The notes under the pieces are model-generated. The model saw only the letters and a program-made list of their open reading frames with translations, was not told the origin of the DNA and did not search any database. A DNA stretch of 32,000 nt from Zymomonas mobilis subsp. mobilis ATCC 10988. Lineage in GTDB: Bacteria > Pseudomonadota > Alphaproteobacteria > Sphingomonadales > Sphingomonadaceae. Made by a program: the position numbers and the translations under genes. This document shows, piece after piece, positions 27,619 through 32,000 of the stretch (positions within the stretch are counted from its first letter, which is position 1; the number at the start of each line of letters is the position of its first letter). The DNA lies in contig NC_017262.1 of NCBI RefSeq assembly GCF_000175255.2, positions 780,001-812,000 on the forward strand. Direction: 5' to 3'.

Positions 27619-27655
27619 GAGGTGGCTATCTCATTGAAGCCAATAACCACCCCTC
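27619..27655 (-). terminator. Terminator of the M28 peptidase gene
   Basis: Minus strand GAGGGGTGGTTAT...ATAGCCACCTC (one G-U pair), then TGCTTTTTGG. It lies just 3' of the stop at 27671. Confidence 0.75.
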
Positions 27656-27670
27656 GATGCGAATGCGTTT

Positions 27671-29332
27671 TTATTCTTTAGTGACAGTTTTGGTTTTAAA
27701 TTCTGAATTGGGCAGCCATTCCGGCTTTTGATCTGAAAAAGCCAAATGATGCCCCATCAGGTAAATCAGCTTCACATCCTCAGCCGCGCCCTCAAAATCA
27801 TCATTTTCAGTCCAACGGTCACAGGTCTGATGATAGCATTTCATATACCCAGATAGCCATTTTTCTCCAGCCGCCATGCCGCCCTCTCGAAGGTCATAGG
27901 CACCGGCCATCCCCATCATCAACAGAACTGGCACGCCTTTTCTAGCAAAGGGCAAATGATCAGCACGGAAAAATAAACCACGTTCCGGTAACAATTCGGC
28001 TTTTACAACCCGATTTTCTTCTTTCGCCGCAGCCGCCAAGTCATTTTCAAGGCTGTTTTGTCCGGCACCAATCAATAACACATCCTTTGAACGGCCAGCG
28101 GTTTGCAAAACATCAACCGTAAAATTGGCAACGGTTTTATCTAACGGGAATAAAGGATGCTCGGCATAATAGCTGGAACCTAAAATACCGCGTTCTTCAG
28201 CCGTCCATGATGCAAAAACCAATGTCCGATCAGGTTGATGCTCGGCCTTAAAGACGCGTGCCAATTCCAAAACCGCCGCGACACCAACACCATCATCAAT
28301 AGCACCAGAACGAATAGTGCGCCCTTGGCTATCGGGCGCTCCAATGCCATAGGCATCCCAATGCGCCCCAAACATAATAGTTTCGTCAGGTCGCTTAGCG
28401 CCTTTAATCTGGCCAAGAACGTTATAGCTGGTGATATTTTGATAGCTTACCGGCAGGCTAGCTGAAAAAACGCTGCCTTTTAACGATACAGGCTGGAATG
28501 ATTTTTGCCGTGCCTGTTTTTTCAGGCTATCCAAATCAAAACCGGATTTTGCAAAAATATCCTGCGCCGCCGCTTGGGATAGCCATCCCTGCAAGGCTAC
28601 GGGCTTATCTTTGTCTCCCCGAATAATATCATAGCCCTCACCCGCAGGAGCGATAACCGTATCCCATCCATAACCAGCCCCTTGACTGTCATGAATAATC
28701 AAAGCGCCAACAGCCCCTCTTCTGGCAGCTTCTTCAAATTTATAGGTCCAACGGCCATAATAGGTCATAGAACGACCACCAAATTTTTCAAAAGCATCGT
28801 CACCAGATACTGCCGAAAAATCGGGATCATTGATTAAGAAGACAGCAATTTTGCCTTTCAGATCAACGCCTTTAAAATCATCCCACCCCCGTTCGGGGGC
28901 AGAAACACCATAACCGACAAAAACCAGCGGCACTTTATTCAGGGCAATTCTGTTTACAGGCCGTAAGCTGGCAAGATAAATATCTTTATCCGACTGTAAC
29001 GGCCTTTTCCCTTGCTGGGTGGTTATCTCCAACCGATCTGCTTTGCCCAGTCGGGTGTGAACCAAGGGGACAGCTTGCGTCCACCCACCTTTATCTCCGG
29101 CAGGCTCCAACCCCAAAGACTGATATTGCTTGATTAACCAGGCAACTGTCTTTTTCTCGCCCTGACTTCCCGGCGCACGGCCTTCAAAATAGTCAGAGGC
29201 AATAACCTTCACGGTATCCGATAGACGGCTGGCCTCAATCGGCCATGACGCTTGCCCCAAAATCGGTGGCGGGACAGCCGCCGCCGGAACAACAGCGGCC
29301 ATCGCCAAAAGGCCAATTATTGTCTTTTTCAT
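27671..29332 (-). CDS. Secreted M28 family metallopeptidase with PA-like insertion
   Basis: Signal peptide MKKTIIGLLAMAAVVPAAA, zinc-site motifs MFGAHWDAYG, AIDDGVGVAAVLELAR, FASWTAEERGILGSSYYAEH. The ORF track start is 29344; 29332 gives a conventional signal peptide. Confidence 0.93.
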   Translation of the reverse strand: MKKTIIGLLAMAAVVPAAAVPPPILGQASWPIEASRLSDTVKVIASDYFEGRAPGSQGEKKTVAWLIKQYQSLGLEPAGDKGGWTQAVPLVHTRLGKADRLEITTQQGKRPLQSDKDIYLASLRPVNRIALNKVPLVFVGYGVSAPERGWDDFKGVDLKGKIAVFLINDPDFSAVSGDDAFEKFGGRSMTYYGRWTYKFEEAARRGAVGALIIHDSQGAGYGWDTVIAPAGEGYDIIRGDKDKPVALQGWLSQAAAQDIFAKSGFDLDSLKKQARQKSFQPVSLKGSVFSASLPVSYQNITSYNVLGQIKGAKRPDETIMFGAHWDAYGIGAPDSQGRTIRSGAIDDGVGVAAVLELARVFKAEHQPDRTLVFASWTAEERGILGSSYYAEHPLFPLDKTVANFTVDVLQTAGRSKDVLLIGAGQNSLENDLAAAAKEENRVVKAELLPERGLFFRADHLPFARKGVPVLLMMGMAGAYDLREGGMAAGEKWLSGYMKCYHQTCDRWTENDDFEGAAEDVKLIYLMGHHLAFSDQKPEWLPNSEFKTKTVTKE

Positions 29333-29366
29333 CTTCCCCCCCATTCAAAAATCACGCTCTAAAAAA

Positions 29367-30959
29367 TTAAGGCGTCAGCACCGTATCAACGGCAACCGGC
29401 AAAGTGTCAGGATAATCCAGATTGAAATGCAGCCCACGGCTTTCCTTACGGCTCAAGGCACAGCGCACCACCAGACCCGCGACATCAATCAAGTTACGCA
29501 ACTCGATCAATTCAGGCGAAACATGGAAATTGCCGTAATAATCAGCAATTTCATGCGCCAAATTATCGAGACGATGACGAGCGCGCATTAACCGCTTGTT
29601 GGAACGGACAATACCGACATAGTCCCACATAGCGCGCCGGATTTCATGCCAGTTATGTTGCACCACAATTTCTTCATCGGAATTGGTAACTCGACTGTCA
29701 TCCCAAGGGCGAACCGCCGGAGGCTCTGACAGATTATCCCAATTTTCAGTAATATGACGAGCAGCGGCTTCACCAAAAACCAAACATTCCAGCAAAGAAT
29801 TACTGGCGAGACGATTGGCTCCGTGCAATCCTGATTGCGCGACCTCACCAATGGCATAAAGGCCGGGTAAATCCGTCCGTCCATTGATATCAGTCAGCAC
29901 ACCACCACAGGTATAATGCATCGCAGGCACAACCGGAATCGGCTGGGTCGTAATATCAATACCCTGCTCTAACAGATGGGCGCGAATGGTCGGGAAATGC
30001 TGTTCAATGAATTCAGCCGGACGATGGCTAATATCCAGATAAACGTAATTCAGACCTAAACGCTTGATTTCATGGTCAATGGCACGTGCGACAATATCAC
30101 GGGGAGCCAATTCATTGCGATCATCAAAATCGGGCATAAAGCGATGACCATCGGTCGGAATTTTAAGCTGTCCTCCCTCTCCGCGCATCGCTTCGGTAAT
30201 CAGAAAATGGGTGCCTTCAGGATTATAGAGGGCAGTCGGATGGAATTGGTTAAATTCCAGATTAGATACCCGCGCCCCAGCCCGCCAAGCCATCGCGATA
30301 CCATCACCGGTCGCGCCTTTTGGTGCCGTTGAATGTTGGTAAACTTGTCCCGCGCCACCTGTTGCCAAAATAGTGGCACGGCCTAAAAAGCGCTGAACCT
30401 TTCCATTCCAGGAATTATAGGCATAGACCCCGTGAATATCGCGGCTATCGGAAGAATCCTGACAATGGCGACCGGATATCAGATCAATGGCTGCCATATC
30501 GGGAATTAAACGAATACGAGGATGGGCATGTGCCGCTTTTTGTAAAGCCTTCTGCACCGCCAATCCGGTCGCATCGTCAACATGGACAATACGGCGATGA
30601 CTATGCCCCCCTTCACGGGTCAGATGCCATCTTTCGCCGAATTGATTTCCCGGATTAAAAGGGACACCGATTTCAGCCAAATGCTCAATGGCTTCCGGCG
30701 CATGTTCTACCACATATTCAACCGTGGAACGGCGATTCAACCCAGCCCCTGCGGTAAAGGTATCCTTGATATGGTTTTCAAAATTATCACCCGCATCCAA
30801 GACGGCGGCAATACCCCCCTGTGCCTTTGCGGTTGATCCGTCAGAAATCGACCCTTTGGCCAAAACGGCCACATCAAAACGGTCAGCCAGATGCAAGGCG
30901 GCGGTTAATCCGGCCGCACCAGACCCGACGATAACGACGTCGAAAATTTTGTCACTCAT
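29367..30959 (-). CDS. nadB: L-aspartate oxidase
   Basis: FDVVIVGSGAAGLTAALHLADRFDVAVLAKG, GSTAKAQGGIAAVLDAGDN, TREGGHSHRRIVHVDDATG, HYTCGGVLTDINGRTDLPGLYAIGEVAQSGLHGANRLASNSLLE. Confidence 0.97.
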   Translation of the reverse strand: MSDKIFDVVIVGSGAAGLTAALHLADRFDVAVLAKGSISDGSTAKAQGGIAAVLDAGDNFENHIKDTFTAGAGLNRRSTVEYVVEHAPEAIEHLAEIGVPFNPGNQFGERWHLTREGGHSHRRIVHVDDATGLAVQKALQKAAHAHPRIRLIPDMAAIDLISGRHCQDSSDSRDIHGVYAYNSWNGKVQRFLGRATILATGGAGQVYQHSTAPKGATGDGIAMAWRAGARVSNLEFNQFHPTALYNPEGTHFLITEAMRGEGGQLKIPTDGHRFMPDFDDRNELAPRDIVARAIDHEIKRLGLNYVYLDISHRPAEFIEQHFPTIRAHLLEQGIDITTQPIPVVPAMHYTCGGVLTDINGRTDLPGLYAIGEVAQSGLHGANRLASNSLLECLVFGEAAARHITENWDNLSEPPAVRPWDDSRVTNSDEEIVVQHNWHEIRRAMWDYVGIVRSNKRLMRARHRLDNLAHEIADYYGNFHVSPELIELRNLIDVAGLVVRCALSRKESRGLHFNLDYPDTLPVAVDTVLTP

Positions 30960-31023
30960 AAGGTCAAAAGACCTCCATTCCTGATGCCGATTTTTCCCAA
31001 ACTCAAAGCTCGAAAAAAACCAA

Positions 31024-31983
31024 CTATGTTAACGATGCCTCTGGATTATTTTTGGTCAATCTCAAAAAGACATCTTCCAGATCGGCTTCGTGGGTCGACA
31101 CATCGACAATAGCCAATCCGGCCTGTTCAATGACCGTCAATATATCACCGGCGGTAATCTTCTTCTTGTCATAGCGAATATGCAAGCGGGTCGGATTAAC
31201 CATTTCGGCGGAAACATCATGATGATAGCGGGCTAACCAATCAGAGACATCAGAAGGCAAAACCTCCATCGGCTGGCGCAAAACAACATCCATGCTTTTA
31301 TCGCCTGCCATGTCCAAAAGCTCGCGGGTCGGCTGATCCGTTACCAAATGGCCATGATTGATAATGGCGATCCGGTCGCATAATTGCTCGGCTTCTTCGA
31401 GATAATGGGTCGTCAAAACAATCGTGACCCCTTGGTCATTCAGTTTTTTGACATAAGACCAAAGCTGTTGCCGCAATTCGATATCGACACCGGCCGTTGG
31501 CTCATCCAAGACCAGAACCGGCGGCGAAGCCACCATGGCTTTTGCGACCAATAAACGGCGCTTCATACCACCGGATAAAGAACGGGCATGGGAAAAGGCT
31601 TTATCCTCCAAATGCACCGCTTCCAAAAGCTCCATCGTCCGGCGCTTATGCTTCGGAATCCCGAAAAGACCGGCATAGACTTCCAGCGTTTCAAAAGGGG
31701 TAAAGAAAGGATCAAAGAATATTTCCTGCGGCACAATCCCGATAGAGGCGCGGGCATTTAACGGGTCTTGGTCAATATCGAAACCCCAGATAGAAACCCG
31801 ACCAGCAGTTTTTCTGACAAGACCTGCCAGAACATTGATGGTTGTTGATTTTCCGGCACCATTCGGGCCCAACAAACCATAAATGGAACCACGCGGTATC
31901 CTCAGGTTAAGATCAGTGACGGCTTGTTTCCCGCCCTGATAGACTTTGGATAACCCTTCGATCAGAATAGCCGCTTCGCTCAT
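31024..31983 (-). CDS. ABC transporter ATP-binding protein (ABC-2/DrrA-type exporter)
   Basis: Walker A GLLGPNGAGKSTTINVL, signature LSGGMKRRLLVAKAM, Walker B VLVLDEPTAGVDIELRQQLW, ATHYLEEAEQLCDRI. Start at Met 31983. Confidence 0.97.
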   Translation of the reverse strand: MSEAAILIEGLSKVYQGGKQAVTDLNLRIPRGSIYGLLGPNGAGKSTTINVLAGLVRKTAGRVSIWGFDIDQDPLNARASIGIVPQEIFFDPFFTPFETLEVYAGLFGIPKHKRRTMELLEAVHLEDKAFSHARSLSGGMKRRLLVAKAMVASPPVLVLDEPTAGVDIELRQQLWSYVKKLNDQGVTIVLTTHYLEEAEQLCDRIAIINHGHLVTDQPTRELLDMAGDKSMDVVLRQPMEVLPSDVSDWLARYHHDVSAEMVNPTRLHIRYDKKKITAGDILTVIEQAGLAIVDVSTHEADLEDVFLRLTKNNPEASLT

Positions 31984-32000
31984 TCCCCCGCCTTTCAACA

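Overview
The window looks like an alphaproteobacterial (Sphingomonadales-type) chromosome, very probably Zymomonas mobilis. That genus call is inferred from gene content and order and was not searched. It is mostly dense housekeeping DNA. In order it contains: 5'-truncated-window pgk, gap and tkt (minus strand); a small coiled-coil ORF, an NTF2/SnoaL-like ORF, zapA and a 6S RNA (plus); thiC with an upstream TPP riboswitch (minus); a TonB-dependent receptor and a Tat-type GlpQ phosphodiesterase (plus); ybgC-tolQ-tolR-tolA-tolB-pal preceded by ruvB (minus); a 2-hydroxyacid dehydrogenase and a TraD/mobilization-like small ORF on the opposite strand between ruvB and ruvA; ruvA, ruvC, yebC and a DUF2312 gene (minus); pyk (TTG start), a GNAT gene, trmB and a DUF2141 gene (plus); and an M28 peptidase, nadB and an ABC ATPase (minus). 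I see no CRISPR array, prophage, transposase, tRNA or rRNA, and no convincing new defence or mobile system. The best second-look items are non-coding: a bulged 15-bp structured element upstream of zapA, a multi-hairpin element upstream of yebC, an inverted repeat overlapping the gap promoter -10, hairpins that would occlude the Shine-Dalgarno sequences of zapA and the TonB receptor, and the opposite-strand two-gene insertion that splits ruvA from ruvB.
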